56,120 nt of DNA, taken from Candidatus Ratteibacteria bacterium. Its GTDB lineage: Bacteria; Ratteibacteria; UBA8468; B48-G9; DTJG01. The stretch is taken from NCBI GenBank assembly GCA_049971295.1, contig JBMFLH010000003.1, positions 4,362 to 60,481 of the forward strand, given 5' to 3'. Below the pieces are notes generated by a model, which worked only from the letters and a program-made list of their open reading frames with translations, was not told the DNA's origin and searched no databases. Within the stretch, counting starts at the first letter, position 1, and each line of letters opens with the position of its first letter. The position numbers were made by a program, and so were the translations under genes. Of the stretch, positions 17,001-27,199 are shown one piece after another.

Positions 17001-19403
17001 ATGATGAAAGTGAAAATATTATTTTCAGTACTGATAATGGCAGCGGCATGCGTGGGTTTTGCTGACATGACAATTGTTGAGAAGGGTGTACCAAAGGCAA
17101 CGATTGTGATTTCAAAAAGCGCGATGGGAGTTCCAACAGAACCTACTGAACAAACATTCTGGTACCCTCAACCGGCTCCAAATAAGATTGCTGCAGCAGC
17201 AAAGGATTTGCAGGAGTATATTGAAAAAATGACAGGAGCAAAACTTCCGATTGTTTCTGATGACCAGCAGATCACAGGCAACATGATTCTTGTTGGAAGA
17301 AGCAATTACACAAAACAGTTTGATAAAAGAATCCCTTCAGGTCTTACGCCAACAAGAGATGAAGAAGGATTCATGATCATCTGTCAGGGAAATATCCTTG
17401 TTCTTGCAGGTAATGATGAACCATACTACCATGGAACTGAATATGCAGTAGCAAACTTTCTTCATAGACTTGGAGTACGCTGGTATATGCCTGGTGAATA
17501 TGGCGAATTTGTTCCTAAAAAGGACACAATCACTGTATCAAATATAAATATCCTTGAAAAGCCAGATTTCAAGATGAGAAACTGGTGGGGTCCTCTTGCT
17601 TCTGACTTAAGAATCCAGGAATACAGATGGAAGATAAGAAATATGATGAATCCAATTTTAGATTTTGTCACACTTCCCAGGGATAGTTCAGTAAGAAGTG
17701 TTCTTCCGCCTGCATCAGAAATTAATAATCCAGAATACGCAGAAGTTTTTGGAAAGGATGAAAAGGGAAATCCAAACCCTGGAATGCCAAATTTAACGAG
17801 TGAAAAATCAGTGAAATATGCTGCTGAAAAAATTAAGGAATTTTTCAGAAAAAATCCTGATGTCACATCCTATGGAATTGGTGCTGATGACGGTTATCCG
17901 AGGGACTATAGTCCTGACACTTTGAAAAGAAATTTAGGATTCCCTGATACCGGTGGAAGAGTTGGACTTCCATCAGACATGAGCACCACAGAAGAATGGA
18001 TGGAATGGGTACAGGCAGTTGCAAAGGAAGTGTATAAGGAATTTCCTGATCACATCATCACAACAAATGGTTATGCAAATCGAAATATTCCACCACAAGG
18101 TATTACACCTGACCCAAAAATCTGGATTATGTTTGCTGCAATATGGTGCGACACAATTCACGCGTATGACAATCCTCTATCATGGCAAACGTTGAGGCAG
18201 GCAGAAATGATAAGACAGTGGGCATCAATGTATAAAAATGTGTATATGTACAACTACATGTATTATATGCTTGCTGGTTGCGGTGCTCCAATTCCTCTTT
18301 CGCACAAACACATGCATGATATGCCACTGTATAAGAAATGGAAAGTTGTTGGATTTTCAAATGAAGGAAGAACCGTCAGAACTGAATCAGGTATTTTCCC
18401 CACATATCTTTACGCAAGGATGATGTGGGATGCTGATCTGGATGCAAGGGCATTGATGGACGAATTCTTTACTAACTGGTATGGACCTGCTGCTGAACCT
18501 GCAAAGGCATTCTGGGAAGAACTTGAAGTCACCATGGAAAAAACTCCATGGCTGGGACACGAAGACAGAATTTTACCATATGTATATTCGGATCAATTAA
18601 TTGAAAAATTAGAAAAATACATCAAGCAGGCAGAAACCCTTGCAAAAGAAAAAGTCCACAAAGAGCATGTTTTCGCTGACAGAATTGTTCTTGAAAATCT
18701 CAAGGCATTTATGGAAATGCATAAGGCAGAATGGAAATGTGATTTTGCAGAAGCAGCAAGGCAGGCACAGAAAATGCTTGATGTCAGAGCACAGGCATCG
18801 AAATTGAGTAGATTTTATTTTGACCCGAATCCCGCAAGAGGTGGAGACGATGTCGGTTATTACTACTGGGGTGCAGCAGCCAGAACAAAATACTACCAGC
18901 AACTTGCTGACATGACAACAGGGAAAACAGGAGAAATGATTGCTGTGCTTGGTGAAAAGGCAAAGTTTTCTCTTGATGTGCGGGATGATGGAAGATATAT
19001 GGGGTGGTATCTACCAGAATTCGATGACTCTAAGTGGGCAAGTATTTCCACCACAATTCCATTCTATGGTCAGGGATACTGCGATAGTCAGGGATACCCC
19101 TATATGGGCGTAATCTGGTACAGACTCAATGTCAATGTACCATCGTCAGCTAAAGGAAAAAGAATTTTCCTTTATGCGCCAGCAGTAGAAACAGAAGCAT
19201 GGGTATGGGTCAATGGAAAACTGGTCGGTCACAGACCTTACAGGGATGCCTACGAAAGACCAAATGAAATCAATATGGATGTTACAGATGCCATCATCCC
19301 TGGAAAAACGAATCTTATTGCTATCAGGATTCATACCGGCTTCAATGCTGCGCAACAGTCAGCAGGATTAACATCAAGATTATTCCTTTATTCACCAAAA
19401 TGA
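17001..19403 (+). CDS. secreted DUF4838-like protein with a C-terminal galactose-binding-like domain
   Basis: Signal-peptide-like N-terminus (MMKVKILFSVLIMAAACVGFA) and an AGGAGG RBS. GTEYAVANFLHRLGVRWYMPGEYGEF resembles the DUF4838/GH20-N-like signature. The C-terminal GVIWYRLNVNVP...GKRIFLYAPAVETEAWVWVNGKLVGH...MDVTDAIIPGKTNLIAIRI is GH2-N-type sugar-binding-like. Confidence 0.6.
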   Translation: MMKVKILFSVLIMAAACVGFADMTIVEKGVPKATIVISKSAMGVPTEPTEQTFWYPQPAPNKIAAAAKDLQEYIEKMTGAKLPIVSDDQQITGNMILVGRSNYTKQFDKRIPSGLTPTRDEEGFMIICQGNILVLAGNDEPYYHGTEYAVANFLHRLGVRWYMPGEYGEFVPKKDTITVSNINILEKPDFKMRNWWGPLASDLRIQEYRWKIRNMMNPILDFVTLPRDSSVRSVLPPASEINNPEYAEVFGKDEKGNPNPGMPNLTSEKSVKYAAEKIKEFFRKNPDVTSYGIGADDGYPRDYSPDTLKRNLGFPDTGGRVGLPSDMSTTEEWMEWVQAVAKEVYKEFPDHIITTNGYANRNIPPQGITPDPKIWIMFAAIWCDTIHAYDNPLSWQTLRQAEMIRQWASMYKNVYMYNYMYYMLAGCGAPIPLSHKHMHDMPLYKKWKVVGFSNEGRTVRTESGIFPTYLYARMMWDADLDARALMDEFFTNWYGPAAEPAKAFWEELEVTMEKTPWLGHEDRILPYVYSDQLIEKLEKYIKQAETLAKEKVHKEHVFADRIVLENLKAFMEMHKAEWKCDFAEAARQAQKMLDVRAQASKLSRFYFDPNPARGGDDVGYYYWGAAARTKYYQQLADMTTGKTGEMIAVLGEKAKFSLDVRDDGRYMGWYLPEFDDSKWASISTTIPFYGQGYCDSQGYPYMGVIWYRLNVNVPSSAKGKRIFLYAPAVETEAWVWVNGKLVGHRPYRDAYERPNEINMDVTDAIIPGKTNLIAIRIHTGFNAAQQSAGLTSRLFLYSPK

Positions 19404-19415
19404 GCAGGAGTATTG

Positions 19416-21242
19416 ATGAGGAACTTTGTTCTTGAAGCACTCGTTGATTTTCCTGACGATGCCCTGAGTGCGCCATGCCCATTAACAAAGGTTCATATTG
19501 ATAATTTTATGAAGCTTCTTGCACGCAGCGGTATCAAAAGAGTGATCTGGGGATATTACGGAGATGGGCATGGTGGCTTTTTCATGCCAGGAATTGAAAA
19601 TGCCCCGAGTATTCTTTATGACATGAATCAGTATGGTTATTACGCAAAAACTATTGAAATTCTTGAAAACCCTCTAAAAGCAGCAACAGAAGCAGCGCAT
19701 AAATACGGAATGGAAATTTATTCATATTTCAAGCCATATGAAACAGGTGTTTCAGGGGATTTCCCGGAAGGTTCCATGCAGGCAAGATTATGGGGAAGAT
19801 TATACAGAATTGGAGGTTATCTCTCATGGATTGACCCCTTTGTTGTAAAAAATCCGCATCTCAGGATAAAAAGAAGAACCGATGATTTGTGGCATGGGAT
19901 AGAAAACGAAGTAATTACCACAATAAAACTAACAAAAAAGGATGATTCTCCCACAAGAATAAAAAAAGAAAATCTTGAAATCTGGACAAGCAATCTCAAT
20001 TACAAATACAAAAAGAAAGAAATGGATTTTACCCTCCAAGAAATTGTTGAACCATCCAGAAAAGACGTTTATGATGTTTATGGAAATCTTATCACACAGA
20101 AAAATCAGCCAGTAAAAAGTTTGATTCTTTCAAACTTTGCACTCAAAGACAAATACATCATTGTCACGACGAATTTTCAATCAACAGACGCTGACTTTGG
20201 ACACTCCTGGGATTGTATTTTCACAGCATTTGACGATAAAGGGAAAGAAATTCCGGGAGTTTATGCCACAGGTACTGCAATCTGGTTTCCTGAATGGGAA
20301 AACTTTCGTAATTATGGGCTTTGTTTTGATACTGGAAGAGGCCCTGAATTGACATACCTTGACCTGCCAAACAATCCACAGGACAACCAGGTCATTATGG
20401 AAGGCGCAAAAAAATTCCATCTGAAAGGTCAGAGCAAAGCCCAGGGTTTTATTGCATTCAGTCGTGGAAAAAATTTATATCTTCCTGGCGGACTGTGTGA
20501 AACTGAACCAGATGTTAAGAAATTCTGGTTATCATGTATTCAGGAAATGATTGATGCCGGAGTCGATGGAATAGAATTCAGGGTTGAAAACCATTCCTGC
20601 CATACAGATACACCACAGGACTATGGCTTCAATGATGTTGTGCTTGAAAAAATAGATCACCACAATGACATTCTTTCTGAAATATCAAAAGTCAGAACCA
20701 AGGCATATTCAGAATTCTTAAAAAAAGCAAGTGTTCTTATCCGTTCACACGGGAAAAAGGTCAGGCTCAATCTCAATGTAGACTGGTTCAGACACGCCTC
20801 TGAGAGACCAGGCAGAAGAAAACTGGCATTTCCTGCAAACATTGATTTTGAATGGGAAAAATGGATTGACCAGCATATCATGGACCAGGCGGTACTGCGG
20901 ATTTTTGCAAAACCTTTCTCAGGAATTTTTGGTCAGGACCCGGTTGCTACCAGAATGATTGAAAAATGCTATCAACACAAAATTCCTTTGACTGTTAATC
21001 GATACGTATGGAACAATGACGCTCTTGTGGATGAGTCTGTGAAAGTTTATGAGAATGAAAAGTTCAGCGGTTTCATTCTATATGAAACATGGTCTTTTAT
21101 TGAATTTGAAAAAAATGGAAACTGCAGGATTTCTCTTCCTGAAATGACGCCTGTTGTCAATATGCCTGAGGAACTCTGGAAAATAAAATCAAATACAGGA
21201 AAAAATGTTAACAAACTTCTCAATTATTTCAAAACTCTATAA
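19416..21242 (+). CDS. hypothetical protein, possibly a TIM-barrel glycoside-hydrolase-like enzyme
   Basis: 608 aa from ATG 19416 (AGGAG 5 nt upstream; the track start at 19413 is TTG). It lies in an operon between two CAZyme-like genes. Family not recognised. Confidence 0.35.
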   Translation: MRNFVLEALVDFPDDALSAPCPLTKVHIDNFMKLLARSGIKRVIWGYYGDGHGGFFMPGIENAPSILYDMNQYGYYAKTIEILENPLKAATEAAHKYGMEIYSYFKPYETGVSGDFPEGSMQARLWGRLYRIGGYLSWIDPFVVKNPHLRIKRRTDDLWHGIENEVITTIKLTKKDDSPTRIKKENLEIWTSNLNYKYKKKEMDFTLQEIVEPSRKDVYDVYGNLITQKNQPVKSLILSNFALKDKYIIVTTNFQSTDADFGHSWDCIFTAFDDKGKEIPGVYATGTAIWFPEWENFRNYGLCFDTGRGPELTYLDLPNNPQDNQVIMEGAKKFHLKGQSKAQGFIAFSRGKNLYLPGGLCETEPDVKKFWLSCIQEMIDAGVDGIEFRVENHSCHTDTPQDYGFNDVVLEKIDHHNDILSEISKVRTKAYSEFLKKASVLIRSHGKKVRLNLNVDWFRHASERPGRRKLAFPANIDFEWEKWIDQHIMDQAVLRIFAKPFSGIFGQDPVATRMIEKCYQHKIPLTVNRYVWNNDALVDESVKVYENEKFSGFILYETWSFIEFEKNGNCRISLPEMTPVVNMPEELWKIKSNTGKNVNKLLNYFKTL

Positions 21243-21251
21243 GGGAGGAAA

Positions 21252-24200
21252 ATGAAGACAGGCAAAATTATTAAGTGCTGTGTGGCAATTTTGATTTTTG
21301 TGGCTTTTTGTTTTGCTGAAAAACAGCCAGCAAGACTGAAATTCAATATTCTGCATTCTTCGGACGCAGATGGAGTACAAATATTCTGTGTGGTTGCAGA
21401 CCCTGTGAAAAAGAAACTTTACGCGGGAACATATTCCTATGACCCTGAAAGAAAAGGCCTTCTTGTCTATGATTTGAACGATGATGGCACTGTGAAAGGC
21501 AAACCAAGAAAATATTCTGACCATCCTGACCCGATGCCATATCCACTTCCACCCGGGGGATGGAGTTCAGTTACAGCAATTTATCTTGATAGAAAACACA
21601 GCAAACTTTTTCTTGGGGTTGGTGTGGCAGGAGTAAAAGGTTTTGAGAACTTTACAAAATCACTGGTGATGTATGAACTTGATGAAACTGGTGAACCAAA
21701 AGGGAAACCTGTGGCTTTTGAAAGCGGAAATCCCAACAAACACATTGCAGCAATCACGATGCACCCAAAATTTAATAGATTGTATCTCGTGGGATGGGGT
21801 GGTTCTGGTGTTTATGCCATAGACCTCGACGCAGAAGGAAAACCTGTATCCCAACCTGTGGCTTATAATGTGCCAGGAAATGGTAAGTACTCTATTAACT
21901 TCAATGCTGAAGGAACAAAAGTATATCTTGGAACATATCCATCCATTCTTCAGGTTTGTGATGTTGATACAAATGGCGCAATTGGAAATCCACGTTCCTA
22001 CACAGTATCAGGTGGCCCTCAGGAATACATGCTCTGTGTACTCACAGAAAAGGCAATATTTTTCAAAGGTCCCAATAATAATCTCTCATACTATCCCCTT
22101 GACAGCTCAGGTAATGTCCAGCAGGATGTCGTGACTGTTGAAAATTTCCCTGTGGAGGCAGTTGCTAATTCTGATACTCCAAATAGGGTGATTGTTGCAG
22201 CATCTTCAAGTTTTACTGATGCCATCACAGGCAAAGCAGCTTCTGATGGCTTTATTCTGAAAGAAATTGAAGTGACTCCTGACGGAAAAATTAATATTGT
22301 CAGGGAATCTGAAAAATTTGTAAGGGAAAAAGTACAGTGTATGGGAAGTTTTCCATCTATTGTAGTTGCCACATCACACCTTGGATGGGGATTTCTTGGA
22401 AATAGAATCAAGGGAGTAGAAATAAGAACAACGTTAAAATCCATTGAATCAGATGCAAAACTACCTACAGCATTTAAGACAATCAATATCGGTCCTGAAC
22501 AAAAGTACTTCAAGTTTATCTATTCACAAAAATTCAACAAGTTGTATTCTGCTGGAGATAATAGCATCTACGTTTACTCACCAAAAGACACCAAACTTGT
22601 TTCTATTCCATGCCAGGAATTACAGGGGCCCATTACAATTGACGAAACGTCAAACATCCTATATGCGGCAAGAAAAGATGGAACAATTGCCATAAGAACT
22701 CTTGATAGTTCAGGTATTCCTTCTTCTGAAGGAGAAAATCTTCAATCCGGTGTTAAGCCAATTACATATCTTGTTTTCAACAACCAGGCAAAAATTCTCT
22801 ATGTCATTGGCTCTCTGCAAAAACAGGAGCCCCAGAGTCCAGTATTCTGTCGTGTGCCAGGACTTACCTACGACATTGCCGCTGCCATAGACACAAATAA
22901 AGGCAAACTCTACGTTGCCAGCCAATACAACAAAAATCAAAATCTTACGATATGGGATATCAGTAAAGATGGAAAACTGTTGTCAGAAACACCAAAGCGA
23001 TATCCTGATGGATTTGTTTCTGAGACAAAAAGAAGTTTGATTTATGGAATGGTGGTTGATACAAAAAGGTCAAAGATGTATCTATCTGGAATGCTTGAAA
23101 ATCCAGGGAAAAATGAAGCAGGCATCATGGTCTTTGAACTTGACGAAAAAGGAGAGCCAAAAGGACAGCCAAAATTTTATCCCACAAAAAACAAAGCCAA
23201 CAGCCCATGGGACATCTGTTTATCTCTTGACAGACAGAAATTGTATGAGGTGGGCTGGGGAGTACCGCAGGTATTTGTGTGGAATCTCGATGAAAAAGGA
23301 TTTTTGCAAGGCGAACCTGATGTCTGGGAAACAACCGGAAACGGTAAATCTCAAATTTTCCCGATTCCTGATGGAAGCGCAATTCTTCTTGGAACATATC
23401 CATCCATTCTTGAAGTTGTTCCTCTGGACAAAAAGGGAAATGTTGTTGGTGGAGTGCATATGGCTCTTTCCACAAACAAAGGCAGAATTAATCTTGGCTT
23501 CATGAGTAGTGGGTTTTCAAGTGATTGGGTGAATCTTGACACACAACTGAAAGACACAACAGGCATTGCAAGAATTACATGCGAAATGACAGGAGCCCCA
23601 GTAAAAAAGGCACTTGTTGAATTTGAATTCAGAAAAGCAGATGGCTCAAACATTCAAAAACTCAAGAGTTTTACCATTGAAACGCGCGGAAATACCATCA
23701 GTATTTTTGCACCAGGGTATGGCCTTGATCAGCCAGAAAAACTTGCTGAATTGATTCAGTCCAGTATTGACAAATTCAAACAATACCTTGCATACGCAAA
23801 AAAGTATGCATTGAAAGATGAAGAAAAACCAAAGGAAATTATTGTCGCAAATGGCTTAATCAGCCTTGACGGAACAGAACAAACTCTTGAAGACGGACTA
23901 AATATTCTGTCAATACTCGGACACAACACCATTCAAATATGGAACTGGGGAAATATCCCGCCAGAAGAAATCAGACAGAAATCAGCAAAATATGGTTTCA
24001 ACAGATTTCGTGGAGCAGTGTACAATCCGCCTTCTTATTTTGACTACAACACCTCTATGGTCACTGACCAGTATCTTGATAACTGGCTGGTTGGTTTGAA
24101 AAAAAGTTTCTCAAATATGGGACAGAAAGATGAAGAAATGGTACTTTTCCACATGGCTGATGAACCCGGATGGTATTACCCGCATCAAATTGATGAAGTG

Positions 24201-25859
24201 AAAAAAGATGCTGAGCGACTCAGTGTATTCAGAAATTATCTGAAATCTAAAGGATTTACACCTCAAACATTTGGAAAAAATTCCTGGGATGAAGTATTTC
24301 CAATGAAATTGAGTGAGCCTGTGACTCTTGCTGACAGAAAACTATTTTTCTGGACAACAAGATTTTTCGTAGAATCATTAAGCAATGCCTTTGCTGCAGC
24401 AACAAAAGCATTCCAGAGGGCGTATAATCCTAAAATCTTGACCACAACAAATCTCAACAACTGGCCCGGATTATTTTTCAGACCTTCACCCGGACAGAAA
24501 ATCGCAAACAACTGGGACAGTGGTCCTGACGCCGGAATGGGACTTCCTGACTGGTTTGACCTTGGAAGAAAAAAAGCAGTTTCCTGTATCTGGACCGAGG
24601 ACTGGTTCGGAGATAGTTCTGCGCAGAACTGGTCAATGTACGGAGACCTTTTAAGGTGTGCTGCGCGTGAAGGTGGAATTGAATACGGCGGCTACATTGT
24701 TGGCCATACAACTGGTGGCAGAGTTCCAGAAGGTGGAAAATACAAAATTATGGCTCTTGTGGGCCATGGCGCAAAAGCCATAGATCCTTATATTTTTGGA
24801 CCAGGACTTGCCTTTGCTGACGGCTGGTCAGAAAACCAACAGGTATATCAATCACTGTCAGAAGGAATAAAAATTCTCGGGAAGAGTGAAAAACTTGTTG
24901 CACCAGGAAGACCAAAAAATGGAACAGTCGCAATACTTCTGCCTCAGGCAAGCCAGGTCTGGGATTCTGACTCAAAAACTAAGGCGTATATTGCGGAATT
25001 GTATGGACTCCACGAAGCACTCACCCATCAAAATTACCCAATTGACTTTGTCGATGATTTTGACCTTGAAGATGGAATTTTGAAGAAAAACAATTATGCC
25101 ATCCTTTATGTCACAGCGCCAAATCTCTCTGATAGGGCGCAAAAAAACATTGTGGAATGGGTAAATTCTGGTGGCCATCTTGTACTTCTGCCAGGAGCAT
25201 GCAGTTATGACCAGTACAATGAACCCATTGTCACCATTACACGCCTGACTGGAATAAAACCAGTTTCTGTCGAAAGAATTGCATGTCCCAATCAATGGGA
25301 AATTGAAAGATTAAAAAAGACAAAAATTCTTGTAAAAGACCCGATATTTGAAACTGAGGAAGTTTACGCACAATTACAAACGGTTTCTCTGACACCTACT
25401 ACTGGAAAGCCGCTGGCTGTATTTGAAAACGGGTCTCCTGCTATAGTTGAAAACTCTTACGGCAAAGGAAAAATTTTTTCGTTAGGATTCTGGCCAGGAA
25501 TCAGTTATCACAGTAGCCCTGATAGGTCTGATTACGGGAAACTTCCGCAGAGATGGTCAGAGCCAGAAAGAAAAATCATCACCACAATTGCAAAAATTGC
25601 TGGTGCTGAAAAATTTGTTGAAATATCAGAAGCAATGATTGAAGGATGCTATCTTGAAAGTGAAAAAGGCATTGCAGTTGTCCTTTTGAACTGGTCAGGG
25701 GAACCGAAACAAGAAATTGCAGTAAGGGTCAAATCAGCAAAAGCAATCTCAAAGGTTGAATCTATTGAACAGGGTATATTGAAATTTGAAAAGGCGCAGG
25801 ATGGCGCTATTATGAAATTACCTTTGAAAACAGTGGATGTTTTGATGCTATATTTTTGA
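21252..25859 (+). CDS. giant secreted fusion protein: two lactonase-like beta-propeller modules plus a GH42-like TIM barrel/GATase-like C-terminal region
   Basis: 1535 aa with a GGGAGG RBS and a hydrophobic N-terminus (CCVAILIFVAFCFA). Propeller-type motifs are KLYAGTYS, RLYLVGWGG and KVYLGTYPSIL. The C-terminal ~700 aa are colinear with ORF 40093..42660 (ADEPGWYYP / SDEPGWYFP; IWTEDWFGDS / MWTEDWFGDN; YVTAPNLSD...WVNSGGHLV / FITAPNLPA...WVNSGGILV). Confidence 0.55.
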   Translation: MKTGKIIKCCVAILIFVAFCFAEKQPARLKFNILHSSDADGVQIFCVVADPVKKKLYAGTYSYDPERKGLLVYDLNDDGTVKGKPRKYSDHPDPMPYPLPPGGWSSVTAIYLDRKHSKLFLGVGVAGVKGFENFTKSLVMYELDETGEPKGKPVAFESGNPNKHIAAITMHPKFNRLYLVGWGGSGVYAIDLDAEGKPVSQPVAYNVPGNGKYSINFNAEGTKVYLGTYPSILQVCDVDTNGAIGNPRSYTVSGGPQEYMLCVLTEKAIFFKGPNNNLSYYPLDSSGNVQQDVVTVENFPVEAVANSDTPNRVIVAASSSFTDAITGKAASDGFILKEIEVTPDGKINIVRESEKFVREKVQCMGSFPSIVVATSHLGWGFLGNRIKGVEIRTTLKSIESDAKLPTAFKTINIGPEQKYFKFIYSQKFNKLYSAGDNSIYVYSPKDTKLVSIPCQELQGPITIDETSNILYAARKDGTIAIRTLDSSGIPSSEGENLQSGVKPITYLVFNNQAKILYVIGSLQKQEPQSPVFCRVPGLTYDIAAAIDTNKGKLYVASQYNKNQNLTIWDISKDGKLLSETPKRYPDGFVSETKRSLIYGMVVDTKRSKMYLSGMLENPGKNEAGIMVFELDEKGEPKGQPKFYPTKNKANSPWDICLSLDRQKLYEVGWGVPQVFVWNLDEKGFLQGEPDVWETTGNGKSQIFPIPDGSAILLGTYPSILEVVPLDKKGNVVGGVHMALSTNKGRINLGFMSSGFSSDWVNLDTQLKDTTGIARITCEMTGAPVKKALVEFEFRKADGSNIQKLKSFTIETRGNTISIFAPGYGLDQPEKLAELIQSSIDKFKQYLAYAKKYALKDEEKPKEIIVANGLISLDGTEQTLEDGLNILSILGHNTIQIWNWGNIPPEEIRQKSAKYGFNRFRGAVYNPPSYFDYNTSMVTDQYLDNWLVGLKKSFSNMGQKDEEMVLFHMADEPGWYYPHQIDEVKKDAERLSVFRNYLKSKGFTPQTFGKNSWDEVFPMKLSEPVTLADRKLFFWTTRFFVESLSNAFAAATKAFQRAYNPKILTTTNLNNWPGLFFRPSPGQKIANNWDSGPDAGMGLPDWFDLGRKKAVSCIWTEDWFGDSSAQNWSMYGDLLRCAAREGGIEYGGYIVGHTTGGRVPEGGKYKIMALVGHGAKAIDPYIFGPGLAFADGWSENQQVYQSLSEGIKILGKSEKLVAPGRPKNGTVAILLPQASQVWDSDSKTKAYIAELYGLHEALTHQNYPIDFVDDFDLEDGILKKNNYAILYVTAPNLSDRAQKNIVEWVNSGGHLVLLPGACSYDQYNEPIVTITRLTGIKPVSVERIACPNQWEIERLKKTKILVKDPIFETEEVYAQLQTVSLTPTTGKPLAVFENGSPAIVENSYGKGKIFSLGFWPGISYHSSPDRSDYGKLPQRWSEPERKIITTIAKIAGAEKFVEISEAMIEGCYLESEKGIAVVLLNWSGEPKQEIAVRVKSAKAISKVESIEQGILKFEKAQDGAIMKLPLKTVDVLMLYF
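21408..21992 (+). repeat. internal duplication unit A (beta-propeller module) of the 1535-aa protein
   Basis: aa ~53-247: KKKLYAGTYSYDPERKGLLVYDLNDDGTVKGKPRKY ... YELDETGEPKGKP ... RLYLVGWGGSGVYAIDLDAEGKP ... KVYLGTYPSILQVCDVDTNGAIGNP. This is colinear with unit B. Confidence 0.6.
22899..23450 (+). repeat. internal duplication unit B (beta-propeller module) of the 1535-aa protein
   Basis: aa ~550-733: KGKLYVASQYNKNQNLTIWDISKDGKLLSETPKRY ... FELDEKGEPKGQP ... KLYEVGWGVPQVFVWNLDEKGFL ... ILLGTYPSILEVVPLDKKGNVVGG. Confidence 0.6.
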
Positions 25860-25870
25860 AGCATTTGCAA

Positions 25871-26975
25871 ATGGCTAAAATGACGAAAAGAGAAAGATGC
25901 GAAAGGACGATGAATTTTCAGGATACAGATAGAATTCCCATTTATGACTTATTGCGTTGTGATGCTGCTTTTGAATATTTTAGCGGGGAAAAACTTCCTG
26001 CCCTTTCAAAGTACCCGAAGACCGAAGAAAATCGCAGCAAAGGCAGTAAACAAACTTCTTGATATGACACGAAGCGTGGGCTTTGGGCCGGTCGTGGAAG
26101 AAGACATTGAAGATTAATATGGTTTTGTGCATCATGCAAGTCCATCAGAAAAAACATGTTGGATTAAAAAAAAACCATTCTCAGACGAAAAAGGAGCCAT
26201 TGAATTTTTGAAAAAGTGGATTACAAACATAGAAAAAGACAGAGAAGCGATTGAACAAAATCCAGCAGATTACAGGGAAAAATATCACGATAGTTTCTTG
26301 AAAACTCAGGCATTGATTGGTGATACTGTTAATCTTTTTGCCCAGCAGGGAGTTGGACTTGATGACATCAGAGTTCGACTGGGATTTGAAATTTTTTCAT
26401 ATGTTTACGCGGATGACCCTGGTATTGTTTCTGAATTCCTTGAACAGTACACAAGAAGAAATATTGTCATCTGTCATGCAATCGCTGATATATCCCTTTC
26501 TTCATGCGTACTCACTTATGGAGACATTTGCCTGCAAACAAAAACTCTTGCATAGCCCTGAATTTTTGAGAAAAGATTTTTCCCACGATTAAAAGGAATC
26601 AATGATGCATGGCATGAGCATGGATTCAAATGTCTTTTTCATTCTGATGGGTATCTCATGGATGTGATGGATGATTTGATTGAAACAGGTATTGATGGGC
26701 TAAACCCAATAGAAACAGTCGCAGGAATGAGTATCAAAGAAATCAGAGAAAAATATGGAAATAAAATTTTTCTTGCTGGTGGTATTGACATGAGCCAGTT
26801 TCTTGCATCTGGAGATCCAGAGCAGGTGAAACAATATTGCAGGAAAGCAATAAAAGAAGCAGGGTCTGGTTATTTCATCGGTTCAACCACTGAACTTGAT
26901 AACAGCACAAAACTTGAAAACATTATTGCCCTTTACGAAGTGGCGCACATGGAAAACTCGCCATCAACATGTTAA
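25871..26975 (+). pseudogene. uroporphyrinogen decarboxylase (URO-D/MtaA-like) family gene, degraded by three frameshifts and one in-frame stop
   Basis: The fragments MAKMTKRERCERTMNFQDTDRIPIYD..., ...KIAAKAVNKLLDMTRSVGFGPVVEEDIED*YGFVHH..., ...ACKQKLLHSPEFLRKDF and FPRLKRINDAWHEHGFKCLFHSDGYLMDVMDDLIETGIDGLNPIE... are colinear with the URO-D fold. Frame changes occur at the A4 run 26028-26031, T3 near 26527-26529 and the T5 run 26577-26581. There is an in-frame TAA at 26115-26117. Confidence 0.7.
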
Positions 26976-27178
26976 ACCCAGAAAAATTTTCAGTTTCAAT
27001 AGGAAATTTCGGAAATATCCAGGAAATTGCTGGCAGTAAAGTATCAATTCAGTTTCTAAAAATCTCGACAAAGTCAACATCAGCTCGCTTTTTAATTGAA
27101 ATTTTACCATCTGCATAAGATATCATTGCTGGTGGTAGTCAGAAAAAAGTGAAAGAATTGAAAAATTTTGTCTTCTGA

Positions 27179-27189
27179 TGTGATATAAT
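27179..27189 (+). promoter_or_regulatory. putative extended -10 promoter element (TGTGATATAAT) upstream of purF
   Basis: The 11-mer is identical to the one at 56-66. It lies 10 nt before ATG 27200 and 37 nt before the alternative ATG 27227, which has an AGGAG RBS at 27214-27218. Confidence 0.35.
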
Positions 27190-27199
27190 AGCATCCAAA

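Noticed and set aside
26976-27178. 200-nt spacer between the URO-D relic and purF, examined for a small ORF, riboswitch or terminator
   Set aside because: Only very short ORFs are present (for example a 25-codon minus-strand frame). No stable GC-rich hairpin followed by a T-run is visible, and I recognised no purine-riboswitch-like core.
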